Source: an uncultured virus (IMG/VR IMGVR_UViG_3300042191_000126) (Duplodnaviria; Heunggongvirae; Uroviricota; Caudoviricetes). Taken from it: DNA of 64,000 bases. This document shows positions 1 through 9,129 of this stretch, piece by piece. A program made the position numbers and the translations under genes. Below the pieces are notes generated by a model. The model made no database searches, was not told the origin of the DNA, and saw nothing but the letters and a program-made list of their open reading frames with translations. Position 1 is the first letter of the stretch. Each line of letters opens with the position of its first letter. The stretch lies in IMG/VR virus record IMGVR_UViG_3300042191_000126; one strand, 5' to 3'.

Positions 1-213
1 GACTGCGCCGGGGGGCCAGCCCAGGACTCGGGCGATGGGGCCGATGGTGTAGGGCATCCGGGACCGGGGGGGCTTGCCGGCCTCGGCTGTCTGGACGCTG
101 GCCATGGACACGTCGGCCATCTCGGCTACCTGCCCCTGGGACAGTCCGCGGGCGAGGCGGCGTTGCTTGAGGGCTTGGCCGAGCCGTGCCCACATTTTGG
201 GGTCGCGGTTCAT
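1..213 (-). CDS. XRE-family HTH immunity repressor (5' part; runs off the left edge)
   Basis: Manual translation MNRDPKMWARLGQALKQRRLARGLSQGQVAEMADVSMASVQTAEAG; GGAGAG RBS; divergent from cro-like gene. Confidence 0.85.
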   Translation of the reverse strand, partial: MNRDPKMWARLGQALKQRRLARGLSQGQVAEMADVSMASVQTAEAGKPPRSRMPYTIGPIARVLGWPPGAV

Positions 214-393
214 GGCGGTGGGGGCTCTCCTCTGCGTTCATGTCAACCGATGTCCAACGATTGGCACCGCTAGGCACCGTCGGGCACCAGGGTAGGGGTT
301 CACCTAACCAGTCGCTATGCGGGTTCCGGCCACTGGGTTCACGCCTACAGAAGATCCCCACACAACCCGCACTCGATCAGCCCTCGTCACACA

Positions 394-437
394 CAACGCT
401 AGAAAGCGTTGCATCGCTGTGTTTCGTTGGGTATCGT
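394..437 (+). promoter_or_regulatory. Rightward early promoter with overlapping operator-like palindrome
   Basis: TTGCAT(409-414)-N17-TATCGT(432-437), 7 nt before GTG 445; inverted repeat CAACGCT-AGAA-AGCGTTG at 394-411. Confidence 0.65.
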
Positions 438-444
438 TCGGCAT

Positions 445-720
445 GTGCAGACCGATGGACCAGAAATCCGGAGGCAGCGCGAACTCAACGGCTACGGCCT
501 GCGCAGATTCGCCGCAGCCGCCGGAATCTCCCACACACACCTCTCCCGCATCGAACGCGGAAAACGGCACCCCCAACCCGAGGTCATGGCACGCATCGCC
601 GAAACCCTGGGATGCACCATCGAAGACCTCGAACGACACCGAACGGAGCATAACGATGAGCGAGACGAGCACCGCCTCGCCGTACATGACGACCCGGGAA
701 CTCGCGGCCCTCATCCGTAA
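445..720 (+). CDS. Cro-like XRE HTH regulator (probably leaderless)
   Basis: IRRQRELNGYGLRRFAAAAGISHTHLSRIERG HTH. Confidence 0.85.
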   Translation: MQTDGPEIRRQRELNGYGLRRFAAAAGISHTHLSRIERGKRHPQPEVMARIAETLGCTIEDLERHRTEHNDERDEHRLAVHDDPGTRGPHP

Positions 721-871
721 AACACCCGCGGCCGTCCGCCAGATGCGCAGCCGCGGCGACGGACCCATCGGAGTCCGTGTCGGCCGCGACGTCATTTACG
801 ACCGCCGCATGGTCACCGCGTGGCTGCAGTCGAGGACCGACACGGACCGACTCGCCCAGCGCGCCGCCTGA
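656..871 (+). CDS. Excisionase/AlpA-like HTH protein
   Basis: YMTTRELAALIRKTPAAVRQMRSRGDGP...VGRDVIYDRRMVTAWL; GGAG RBS. Confidence 0.8.
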   Translation: MSETSTASPYMTTRELAALIRKTPAAVRQMRSRGDGPIGVRVGRDVIYDRRMVTAWLQSRTDTDRLAQRAA

Positions 872-953
872 CAAGAACGGGGCCGCCCCGAAACCACCAC
901 GCCCGGGACGACCCCAACGGATCACCTCACCCCTACTGAACGAGAGGCTCACC

Positions 954-1406
954 GTGAGCATCCAGAGTAGTACCCCTGCTGGTCAGGGCCCCGCACCGAT
1001 GTACCCGACGATCAGCGACCTGAAGCAGGTCTTCGACGCGCTGGCCGCCCTCGCCCGCCAGTGGCCGCACCTGCCCCGCCCGTACACCACCGTGCACACG
1101 GCGGACGGCAACCGGGCCGGCCTTCAGCTGGAATCGCCCTCTGCGTTCGAGCAGTGGCGCGCGGCGCTCGATATCGCCCCCGAGACCGTGGAGCTCCACC
1201 TCTTCGATGGAACCGCGTGGCTGGCCGCCTACGGCACGTATCGCGGAGCGTCCCTCAAGCTGACCGGTTTCGGCATCCAGCCGCCTGCCGATCCGGTGCC
1301 GTCGGCCGGTCAGTTGGCGGAGCAGCGGCACCTGGTGGACGCGCAGGACGCCGCGTACAGCAGGTGCGCGCCCATCGGCGCCCCGCAGGGGGTGCTGCCG
1401 GTATGA
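954..1406 (+). CDS. Hypothetical phage protein
   Basis: GAGAGG RBS, GTG start, coupled to next ORF. Confidence 0.65.
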   Translation: MSIQSSTPAGQGPAPMYPTISDLKQVFDALAALARQWPHLPRPYTTVHTADGNRAGLQLESPSAFEQWRAALDIAPETVELHLFDGTAWLAAYGTYRGASLKLTGFGIQPPADPVPSAGQLAEQRHLVDAQDAAYSRCAPIGAPQGVLPV

Positions 1407-1618
1407 GCGCCTCGACTCCCGCTGGGCGGCTGGTGACCAGCAGCGGCATCGTGTGGACGCTGCGCCGGATTGTCGATGGTGAGGGCCTGTACGCGCCGGA
1501 GCCGGTGTCGGACTGCCCTCGCTGGGTGATGGCGACGGCCGCGGATCTTGCTGTTCACGGTGTGCAGGAGGTGCCGGCCCGGCCGGCGGTTGCTGCGGGC
1601 GGGGTGACCGCGACGTGA
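1403..1618 (+). CDS. Hypothetical phage protein
   Basis: ATGA overlap with upstream stop. Confidence 0.55.
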   Translation: MSASTPAGRLVTSSGIVWTLRRIVDGEGLYAPEPVSDCPRWVMATAADLAVHGVQEVPARPAVAAGGVTAT

Positions 1619-1800
1619 AGACGGCCCTGTACGCCGCGGGTTCGACCGGGCTGTACGTGATCTGCGCGCGGGTGGTGTGCCAGCGAGTGGCCACCGCCGA
1701 CCGGCTGGGATGCGTTCCCTGCCAGGCCCTGCGCGTGCTGCGCACCACCGTGCTGCTCGCCGCCCTCTACCGCATCCACCTCTCCCGCCCGGAGGCATCC

Positions 1801-2166
1801 ATGAGTGACCGCTGTACACCCGTCACCGGCCCGCACCCGATCCACGTCGACCGGACCCCCATGGGCGTGACGCTCGACGTGTCCGCCTACCTGCGGGACG
1901 TCATCCTCGACCTGATCCGCGATGAGGCCGAGGCGCTGGAGGACATCGCAGAGTGGGACGGGCACGCCGCCCGCGCCCGCATCAACGACGGCAACGATGA
2001 CTCGCATGCCGCGCATGAGCGGGATGCGCTCGTCGAGGAGCTGGTGGAGCGTCTGGCGCCGCGTCTGCCGGTGTACGGGCGTGAGGTGCATGCGCTGGCT
2101 GACCGGCTGCGGCAGTCCGCTGGTCCGGTTCCGGTCACTGCGCGGCACCAAGCGGGTGCGGCATGA
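1801..2166 (+). CDS. Hypothetical phage protein (may start at 1615)
   Basis: GGAGG RBS before ATG 1801. Confidence 0.6.
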   Translation: MSDRCTPVTGPHPIHVDRTPMGVTLDVSAYLRDVILDLIRDEAEALEDIAEWDGHAARARINDGNDDSHAAHERDALVEELVERLAPRLPVYGREVHALADRLRQSAGPVPVTARHQAGAA

Positions 2167-2408
2167 GAGCCCGCGTCGTTCGCGGCCACTGGTTCCGCGC
2201 AGCCTCTGCCGCCGAGCCGTGCCGCTACTCCGACTGTGGCCGCCCGCAGAGCGAGCACGTCGAGTCCGTCGGCGAGTGGATGGACCCGCGCCACTGGTTC
2301 CGGCCGAGCCTCCGCCGACCCTCGCACTGCGCCCGATGTGGCCGCCCGTTCGGCCACTCCACGCACCACGGCAGCCGCAAGAACCGCCGACCCTGGAGGA
2401 CCCGATGA
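2163..2408 (+). CDS. Small protein with two HWFR...C..CGRP...H repeats (putative Zn-binding)
   Basis: Internal duplication visible in translation; coupled start/stop. Confidence 0.65.
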   Translation: MRARVVRGHWFRAASAAEPCRYSDCGRPQSEHVESVGEWMDPRHWFRPSLRRPSHCARCGRPFGHSTHHGSRKNRRPWRTR

Positions 2409-2704
2409 CCGGATCCACACGCGACGACATTCTCGTCGGCCTGCGGGCCGCGTCGGCTTCGGCGATCGGTGACGAAACACCCGAGGAACTGCTCGACGCC
2501 TACCGCGCCGAGGTGCTGCGCGAGGCAGCCGACTTCTACGCCGAACTGCTGGCCTTCATCGGCGTCGAGGGCGTCGAGGGCGACTCGCGTTACTGGACTG
2601 CGGTCAACGACGTGGTCATCGGGCTGCGCCGCCGAGCCGACGAGCAGGGGAAGGACACCCGCCCCGGCCCCCAGCCGCCCGCGGGCGGTGCGGCCGATGC
2701 CTGA
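2405..2704 (+). CDS. Hypothetical phage protein
   Basis: GGAGG RBS; LLDAYRAEVLREAAD motif. Confidence 0.65.
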   Translation: MTGSTRDDILVGLRAASASAIGDETPEELLDAYRAEVLREAADFYAELLAFIGVEGVEGDSRYWTAVNDVVIGLRRRADEQGKDTRPGPQPPAGGAADA

Positions 2705-2776
2705 CCGCCGCTGCCCCACCTGCAGGCGCACCTACGAAAACTGCCGCTGCACCAACACCACCACGGGGGACACCGC

Positions 2777-3898
2777 ATGACCGAGATCGTCAAGCACCAG
2801 CCAGCGCAGGGCCACTCACAGGCCCTGTCCCTCGCCAGCATGTCCGTCCAGGACGCGTGGGGATTCGCCAGGGCCCTTGCCGAGTCATCGATCCTGCCCC
2901 GCCAGTACCAGGGCAACGCCGGATCCGTTCTGTGGGCGCTGGAGTTCGGCCGCGGCCTCGGACTGGACGTCATCACCACGATCCAGTCCGTGCACATCAT
3001 CCAGGGCAAGGCGACCATGTCTGCTGACCTGATGGCGTCCCTGTGCCGCCGGGCCGGGCACCGGATGCGGGTCTCCGGAGACGATCAGCGCGCCGAGGTG
3101 AGCATCATCCGAGCGGATGATCAGGAGTTCCCCTTCCGGGTTGAGTGGACGATGCAGCGCGCCCAGCGGGCGAGGCTCACGGTTAAGGACACCTGGCAGC
3201 AGTACCCGGCCGCGATGCTGCGGGCCCGGGCAATCTCCGAGTGCGTGCGCATGGCGTGCCCGGAGGTGCTGCATGGGGCGATCTACACGCCGGAGGAACG
3301 CGGAGCCGTCATCGATGAGGACGGCAATCCGGTGGATGCCCCGGTGCAGCCGCTGCGCCCGGTTCGGGCCAATGAACCGGACCAGTGGGCTACCCCGGCT
3401 GCGACCGTTCAAGCGGCCGTCGCGGACGTGCCGGTCGAGTCGCTGACGCCGGGTGGCCGTGACTACCTCCACGAGGCGCTTGCTGCCCCGGACGCGGCCA
3501 CGGTGCGTCGCCTGTGGCAGGACGCCAGGGTCGCAGGCGCGGTGCCGGAGTACCTGCAGCAGATCGCCGACGTCGGCCGCCAGAAGTCAGCCACCGAGCA
3601 GCAGCAGGCGGGGCCTGCGCCCTACTCGTTGTCTGACGCGATTGGCGCCGCTGGTGGCATCGACGGCGCGTTCACCGAGGCGGCAGCAGCCTCGCTGTCT
3701 GGCGACCCGGAACCGTCTGACGACGTGCCGGACGCCGAACACGCCGCCGCTGAGGCTGAGTTGCGGGCGTTCGCTACCGAGGCCGGTATCGGAGACATCG
3801 ACCGCGACGCCTACGGCGCCCTTGGCGCCCCGCTGGCCGACGTGTCCCCGACCGCGATCCGCGGCCTCCTCAACCAACTCCGCGGCACCGCCGCCTAA
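2777..3898 (+). CDS. RecT-like single-strand annealing recombinase with acidic C-terminal extension
   Basis: LAESSILPRQYQG...GLGLD...IHIIQGK...WQQYPAAMLRARAISECVRMACPEVLHG pattern. Confidence 0.75.
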   Translation: MTEIVKHQPAQGHSQALSLASMSVQDAWGFARALAESSILPRQYQGNAGSVLWALEFGRGLGLDVITTIQSVHIIQGKATMSADLMASLCRRAGHRMRVSGDDQRAEVSIIRADDQEFPFRVEWTMQRAQRARLTVKDTWQQYPAAMLRARAISECVRMACPEVLHGAIYTPEERGAVIDEDGNPVDAPVQPLRPVRANEPDQWATPAATVQAAVADVPVESLTPGGRDYLHEALAAPDAATVRRLWQDARVAGAVPEYLQQIADVGRQKSATEQQQAGPAPYSLSDAIGAAGGIDGAFTEAAAASLSGDPEPSDDVPDAEHAAAEAELRAFATEAGIGDIDRDAYGALGAPLADVSPTAIRGLLNQLRGTAA

Positions 3899-3981
3899 CC
3901 CACCACAGACCGGGGCCGCCCCCTTTCCAGACAAAGGGTGTGCTGCGGGGGGCGGCCCCCCTTCTCCAACGGAGACACAGC

Positions 3982-4317
3982 ATGACCATTCACAGCAGCC
4001 CCGAGAAGTACGGCCTCCGCACCATCGGCGAGGTCCAGTGGGGCGACGCCGATTACTCCTTCGACCTCACCGCCGTCTGGCTGGACACCACCACCGGTTC
4101 CCTCTACTACGCGGACGATGCCGGGTGCTCCTGCCCCGCCCCGTTCGAGGACACCGGCCGCGACGACCTCACCCTGATCGACCGACCGCAAACCCTCATC
4201 GACCACCTAAACAAGCGGACCGCCGATATGGCCGGATACCACTCCGAGCGCGAGATCGAGGCAGCCAAAGGCGACGTTGGCCAGCTCGTGCTCAAGGCCC
4301 GGGCGGCGCTGCGATGA
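3982..4317 (+). CDS. Hypothetical phage protein
   Basis: GGAG RBS; YSFD...DAGCSCPAPFE motif. Confidence 0.7.
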   Translation: MTIHSSPEKYGLRTIGEVQWGDADYSFDLTAVWLDTTTGSLYYADDAGCSCPAPFEDTGRDDLTLIDRPQTLIDHLNKRTADMAGYHSEREIEAAKGDVGQLVLKARAALR

Positions 4318-4832
4318 ACCTCGCCGAACTCGCGCTGGAGGAAGCGGCGCTCAAGACCCTCGCGGACGCCGTGAACGACCGGCTCAAGACCGTCCGCGCC
4401 ACCATGCAGCAGCAGATGGAAGACACCGGCGTGAGCCGCGTCGACGCAACGCTGCCCGACGGCACGAAGGTCGCCACCATCTCCCGACCCAGCCCCTCAC
4501 AGGAGGCCCAGGTCACCAATGAGGAGCTGCTGAAGGGATGGGTGCGGGAGCACACCCCCAGTGAACTCACGAGCCGCGTGGTCACCGAGATCCGCCCCGC
4601 CTACCTCAAGGCGCTGCTCGCCGAGCTCACCGCCGCCGGGGTACCGCAGTGGTGCGACAAGGCCACGGGCCAGATCCACGACGTGCCCGGCGTCGCGGTG
4701 GTCCCCACCCGAAACACGACGCACTCGGTACGGCCCACCAAGGGTGGCCGCGAGGCGATCGCCGCCGCCTGGCGGTCGGGCGCGCTGGCTCACCTCGACC
4801 TGCCGCAACTCACCGCGGGCGGTGAGCGGTGA
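4314..4832 (+). CDS. Hypothetical phage protein
   Basis: ATGA-coupled ORF, N-terminal coiled coil. Confidence 0.7.
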   Translation: MNLAELALEEAALKTLADAVNDRLKTVRATMQQQMEDTGVSRVDATLPDGTKVATISRPSPSQEAQVTNEELLKGWVREHTPSELTSRVVTEIRPAYLKALLAELTAAGVPQWCDKATGQIHDVPGVAVVPTRNTTHSVRPTKGGREAIAAAWRSGALAHLDLPQLTAGGER

Positions 4833-5566
4833 ACTGGCACCTCGGCCGCATGGCTGGATTCGACCTGGAGACCACCGGCATCGACGTCGAGTCCGACCGG
4901 ATCGTCACCGCGTGCGTCGTGCAGGTCGGCGGCGGACACCCCACACAGTCCGCGACGTGGCTTGCCGACCCCGGCATCGACATCCCCGACGCCGCGGCAC
5001 AGGTCCACGGCATCACCACCGCCCGGGCCCAGGCGGACGGCGCCCCGGCGACCGAGGTCGTCGAGAACATTGTCGCCGCGCTCGCCCAGATACAGCGGGA
5101 CGGCATCCCGATCGTCGCCATGAACGCCGCGTACGACCTGACGCTGCTCGACCGCGAGGCGCGCCGCCACGGCATCACGCCACTCGTCGACATCATCGGC
5201 CCCGGCCAACTCCGGGTCATCGACCCGATGGTCATCGACCGGCACACGGCCCCGTACCGGCGCGGCTCCCGCACTCTCACCGCACTGTGCGCCCACTACC
5301 AGGTGGCGCTGGACGGCGCCCATAGCGCGGACGGGGACGCGGTCGCCGCGTGCCGGGTCGCGTGGCGCATCGCCGATGGCAATCCCCTGCTCGCCGCTGT
5401 CCCGCTGTCTCTCCTGCACGAGCAGCAGACCGGGTGGGCCATGGAGCAGGCCGTCTCACGTGCCGCCTATTTCGCGCGTACGCCCGGCAAAGAGCACCTC
5501 GCGGACAGTGTGCGCAGTGAGTGGCCGCTGGTTCCTTTCAAGGAGGCCACCGATGCTCTTCGTTAG
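4829..5566 (+). CDS. DnaQ-like DEDDh 3'-5' exonuclease
   Basis: FDLETTG, MNAAYDL, AHSADGDA motifs. Confidence 0.9.
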   Translation: MNWHLGRMAGFDLETTGIDVESDRIVTACVVQVGGGHPTQSATWLADPGIDIPDAAAQVHGITTARAQADGAPATEVVENIVAALAQIQRDGIPIVAMNAAYDLTLLDREARRHGITPLVDIIGPGQLRVIDPMVIDRHTAPYRRGSRTLTALCAHYQVALDGAHSADGDAVAACRVAWRIADGNPLLAAVPLSLLHEQQTGWAMEQAVSRAAYFARTPGKEHLADSVRSEWPLVPFKEATDALR

Positions 5567-5930
5567 CCGACGCCGCTACCGGCGCGACACCGACCAACTG
5601 CACGCTCAGGTCCGCCGCCTGGTCGACGAGCGTGACCAGGCCCGGGCCGGGCGGGATGCCGCACAGACCGCGGCCAGCACGGCGGCCCGCCAGTTCGCCG
5701 ATGCTGATGCCGCTGCCAGGCGCCTTCGCCTCGCTGCCCCGCGGGGCGTGGCGGCGGAGGTGGCCGACCTGAGGCGGCTCCTGGCCCTGTCGGAGCGGGC
5801 CCGCCGCGCTCTCGACGGGCAGCGCAGCGAGCTGCTCGCCGCGAACGAGGCGTTGTGCCGTGAGGCGGTGGACCGGGCGGGGACGCTCGCCCCGCCGGAG
5901 ACTGCCCGCGGGCATGGGGGTGCGGCGTGA
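5553..5930 (+). CDS. Coiled-coil hypothetical protein
   Basis: AAGGAGG RBS, MLFVSRRRY start. Confidence 0.65.
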   Translation: MLFVSRRRYRRDTDQLHAQVRRLVDERDQARAGRDAAQTAASTAARQFADADAAARRLRLAAPRGVAAEVADLRRLLALSERARRALDGQRSELLAANEALCREAVDRAGTLAPPETARGHGGAA

Positions 5931-6217
5931 TGCTCGTCGACGCTGCTGTGGCTGTCGCCTGCGGTGTTGCTGCGGGGGTGCTGGTGTGGGCGGTGCAGAC
6001 CCGCCTCGCCGCTGGTGTGCGGGTGCTGCGCGCCAGGTACACCCCGGGCCCCGGGTGCGCCACGTTCGACCCGGCCGCGGCCAACCTCGTCGTCCACCTC
6101 GACTGCGGCCGGTGTGCCCGCCGCACCCCGCACGAGGACGACCAGCACGGCACCGCCCGCTGCGTGACGTGCGGCGCGGTCCGGCCCGCCGGGGAGGTGC
6201 CGGCGGATGGCCAGTGA
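5927..6217 (+). CDS. Zn-ribbon hypothetical protein
   Basis: CGRC...CVTC; coupled start. Confidence 0.6.
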   Translation: MMLVDAAVAVACGVAAGVLVWAVQTRLAAGVRVLRARYTPGPGCATFDPAAANLVVHLDCGRCARRTPHEDDQHGTARCVTCGAVRPAGEVPADGQ

Positions 6218-6224
6218 GCCGTGG

Positions 6225-6380
6225 ATGAAGACGATCGCCCTCGTCCCGGCGCCCACGTCCGTCGTGCTGCGCCGCGCCGCGGTCGCTGTGGCCGCACGCG
6301 CTACCGGCCCGGACGACCTGCGTCTGCTGCTCGACGCCCTCGACCTCACCCCGCCCCGGAAGGGAGACACCCATGCCTGA
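6225..6380 (+). CDS. Small hypothetical protein
   Basis: Manual translation MKTIALVPAP...DLRLLLDALDL fills the gap. Confidence 0.45.
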   Translation: MKTIALVPAPTSVVLRRAAVAVAARATGPDDLRLLLDALDLTPPRKGDTHA

Positions 6381-6687
6381 CCTGACCGACACCCAACTCG
6401 ACCAACTCATCGTCGCGATCGGCCTCAAGCGGAACAGCGGCGGCCGCAAGCGCAAGCCCATCAACCACGGCACGCTCGCCGGGTACCAGCAGCACCGATA
6501 CCGCGGCGAGACCGCGTGCGACAAGTGCAAGGCCGGGCTCGCCGAATACGCCCGGGAGCGGGCCACCGCCCGCGACGGGATAGAGCGCAAGCCCCGGGCG
6601 AAAGCCGCGCCCCGGCCGATGCAGTACCTGACCGAGGAGGAGTGGCAGGCCCGCGTCGCAGCCCGCCAGAACGGCGGCACCCGATGA
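6373..6687 (+). CDS. Hypothetical protein with HGT..GY..H....C..C motif
   Basis: PINHGTLAGYQQHRYRGETACDKCK; GGGAG RBS. Confidence 0.7.
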   Translation: MPDLTDTQLDQLIVAIGLKRNSGGRKRKPINHGTLAGYQQHRYRGETACDKCKAGLAEYARERATARDGIERKPRAKAAPRPMQYLTEEEWQARVAARQNGGTR

Positions 6688-7271
6688 CCACCACCCTGCC
6701 TACCCCGGCCACCCCAGCGGCAGCCGGGCACCGGCCCCGCGTGCTTGGGCTCGACCTATCCCTCACCGCTACCGGGATCGCCTACCCCGACGGCACCACC
6801 ACGACCATCAAAACCCGGCAGAAGGACGGCGACCGCCGACTCCTCGAGATCGCACACGCCATCCGCTGGGCAGCAGGCGAAGGCCAAGGCCCCATGGGCA
6901 CCGACACACCGCCAACCCTCGCAGTCCTCGAGGACCTGCCCAAACACGCCATGGCGGCAGGCATCACCGGCATGGTCCACGGCATCGCCCGCGCCGTCCT
7001 CCTGGAGGCTGGCGTGCCGTACGCAACGGTCGTCCCGGCCACGCTCAAGGCGTACGCCACCGGCAAGGGTTCCGGCGACAAGACGCCCATGGCCATGGCC
7101 GCTTACAAACGGGCTGGTGTCGAGTTCGTCGACGACAACCAGTGCGACGCCTGGTGGCTGCGGGCGGCCGGACTGGACTGGCTCGGATCACCGCTGTTCG
7201 ACCTGCCGAAGGCGCAGCGCGACCGGCTGGCGAAGGTGCGGTGGCCCGACCTTGAGGTGATGGCCCGGTGA
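6684..7271 (+). CDS. RuvC-like Holliday junction resolvase
   Basis: VLGLDLSLTATG, AVLED, PATLKAYATGKG, DDNQCDA. Confidence 0.85.
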   Translation: MTTTLPTPATPAAAGHRPRVLGLDLSLTATGIAYPDGTTTTIKTRQKDGDRRLLEIAHAIRWAAGEGQGPMGTDTPPTLAVLEDLPKHAMAAGITGMVHGIARAVLLEAGVPYATVVPATLKAYATGKGSGDKTPMAMAAYKRAGVEFVDDNQCDAWWLRAAGLDWLGSPLFDLPKAQRDRLAKVRWPDLEVMAR

Positions 7272-7504
7272 GCCACCACCCAACCACCATCCGCTACCGG
7301 GGCCACACCATCGACCTCGTCGCCATCGGCCGCCACTACGCCGGCACCTGGCCCCTGCCCTCGCTCAGCGAACCCGAGCAGGAATACGCGGCCCGGATCC
7401 TCACCCAGGCCGGCCTCAGCGCCCTCACCATCGCCGACCGGCTCGGTATCTCCCCGCGCACCGTGGTCCGGTGGCGCGCCGAATGGACGGAGGACAACCA
7501 GTGA
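7268..7504 (+). CDS. Small HTH DNA-binding protein
   Basis: GLSALTIADRLGISPRTVVRWR. Confidence 0.75.
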   Translation: MSHHPTTIRYRGHTIDLVAIGRHYAGTWPLPSLSEPEQEYAARILTQAGLSALTIADRLGISPRTVVRWRAEWTEDNQ

Positions 7505-7941
7505 ATGCCCACACCACCACCACCCAGCCCGACCGGGACTGGCGGCACCGCGCGGAATGCCGACTGCCGGGATACGACCCCGAGTTGTGGTTTCCGATCG
7601 GCAACACCGGTCCTGCGCTGCTGCAGATCGAGGAAGCCAAGGACGTCTGCCGCGACCGCTGCCCGGTGGTGGAGCAGTGCCTGCAGTGGGCGCTGGACAC
7701 CCGTCAGGAATCCGGCGTGTGGGGCGGCCTGTCCGAGGACGAGCGGCGCCGGATGAAGCGCCGAGCCGCCCGCAACCGGGCGCCGGGTGCCCAGGTGTCG
7801 CGGGAGCCAGCGGAGTGCGGCACCGAGACCGGTGCCCGTCGCCACCGGCGGGCACACGAGGCGGTCTGCCGGTACTGCGCGGAGGCGGAGCGGAAAGCCC
7901 GCCGCCGCCGCGAACAGCAGCAGCAGGACGCCGCGTCGTGA
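7501..7941 (+). CDS. WhiB-family (WblE/WhiB1-like) Fe-S transcription factor with extra C-terminal Cys/His domain
   Basis: Four Cys plus GVWGG; DPELWFPIGNTGPALLQIEEAK. Confidence 0.93.
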   Translation: MNAHTTTTQPDRDWRHRAECRLPGYDPELWFPIGNTGPALLQIEEAKDVCRDRCPVVEQCLQWALDTRQESGVWGGLSEDERRRMKRRAARNRAPGAQVSREPAECGTETGARRHRRAHEAVCRYCAEAERKARRRREQQQQDAAS

Positions 7942-8159
7942 CCGTGGTCCCGCCGGTCGGGGAGGAGTTGGTGCTCCTCGACTGGCGGGACCCCCGGCAC
8001 TGGGCCTGGGAGCCCCGCGAGTGCCGCTACTGCGGCGCCCCGACCCACCTCCGCGACTCGAAGAAGAAGCCAGCCCACAAGGTCTGCGCCGAAACCGCCC
8101 TCGCCCGTCAGGCCGCCGACACGGCCAACGCCTACCAGAACGGACACCTCAATGACTGA
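7938..8159 (+). CDS. Small Zn-binding hypothetical protein
   Basis: CRYC...HKVC. Confidence 0.6.
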   Translation: MTVVPPVGEELVLLDWRDPRHWAWEPRECRYCGAPTHLRDSKKKPAHKVCAETALARQAADTANAYQNGHLND

Positions 8160-8604
8160 CCAGCCCGCCACCCCCGACCGCCCGTACACCGACGCGGACC
8201 TCCGCGCCGAAGCCGCACGCCAGCATCACGAGCTCACCGAAGACCCCGACTACGGCAGCGTCGGCGAAGGCATGACTAACTCGGTCATCCACAGCCGCGC
8301 CGACTGGAACAGCGAGGCGTGGTGGCACTCCCTGAACGAAGACGACCGGGATCTTGCGCAGGACGCCATCCACGACCTGATCTCCGGTGCCGCTGATGTG
8401 TCCGAGTGGGCTGTCACGCTCGGCGCCGCCGGCCTCACCCCGCACGAGCCGTACGCGATCCACTCCCTCGGCGGCTACGACGTCGCCGTGCAGGTCGCCA
8501 CTGCCGGAGAGTTCACCGACGCGGTTCGCGGCGAGCTGCTGGCCGCGATCCGGCAGGCGGTGCTGGAGGCGTCCTGCCGGGTCCTCTGCGTGAAGCCTGC
8601 CTGA
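8152..8604 (+). CDS. Hypothetical phage protein
   Basis: Coupled ORF with typical codon usage. Confidence 0.7.
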   Translation: MTDQPATPDRPYTDADLRAEAARQHHELTEDPDYGSVGEGMTNSVIHSRADWNSEAWWHSLNEDDRDLAQDAIHDLISGAADVSEWAVTLGAAGLTPHEPYAIHSLGGYDVAVQVATAGEFTDAVRGELLAAIRQAVLEASCRVLCVKPA

Positions 8605-8687
8605 CCCAGCCCCGTGACCGGCCCGGCCGCCGCCTGTCTCCCCACGGCGGCGGCCGGGCCACCAACCCCCGACGAAAGGACCACCTG

Positions 8688-8876
8688 ATGCGTCGACTGA
8701 GAGGCGCCGAGCGTGCCCAGGTCGCGGCCGGGCTCGCCGCGCAGTACCGGGCCGGGGCGAGTATCCGGCAGCTCGCCGCGGAGACGAGCCGCTCCTACTG
8801 GCAGGTCCGCACGCTGCTGGTGGAGGCGGGCGTTGTGCTGCGGCCGCGGGGCGGGCCACGGAAGGACGGCTGGTGA
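8688..8876 (+). CDS. Small HTH protein
   Basis: YRAGASIRQLAAETSRSYWQVRTLLVEAGVVLRPRG; AAAGGA RBS. Confidence 0.75.
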   Translation: MRRLRGAERAQVAAGLAAQYRAGASIRQLAAETSRSYWQVRTLLVEAGVVLRPRGGPRKDGW

Positions 8877-9064
8877 CCGGCCGCGTGTGGCGGGCAGGCG
8901 GGCCCGGCTCGTTCCAGTCACCCGCTGGCGTCCGGCGTGTACGCGACCGGGCCGGCCGCCTGTGGACCCGCGACGGAACCCGATGGACGTGCACCGGAAC
9001 GCACTGGATCCGCTGGCGGGTCCTTGTCGCCGAACACGGACCGCTCACCGAAACCGACAACTGA
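8873..9064 (+). CDS. Small hypothetical protein
   Basis: VRDRAGRLW...W..LVAEHGPL; coupled start. Confidence 0.6.
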   Translation: MTGRVWRAGGPGSFQSPAGVRRVRDRAGRLWTRDGTRWTCTGTHWIRWRVLVAEHGPLTETDN

Positions 9065-9129
9065 CCGCAGCACAAAGCCCCGCACCAGCACGGTGCGGGG
9101 CCCGAGACGCATCAAGAGAAAGAGCGCAC

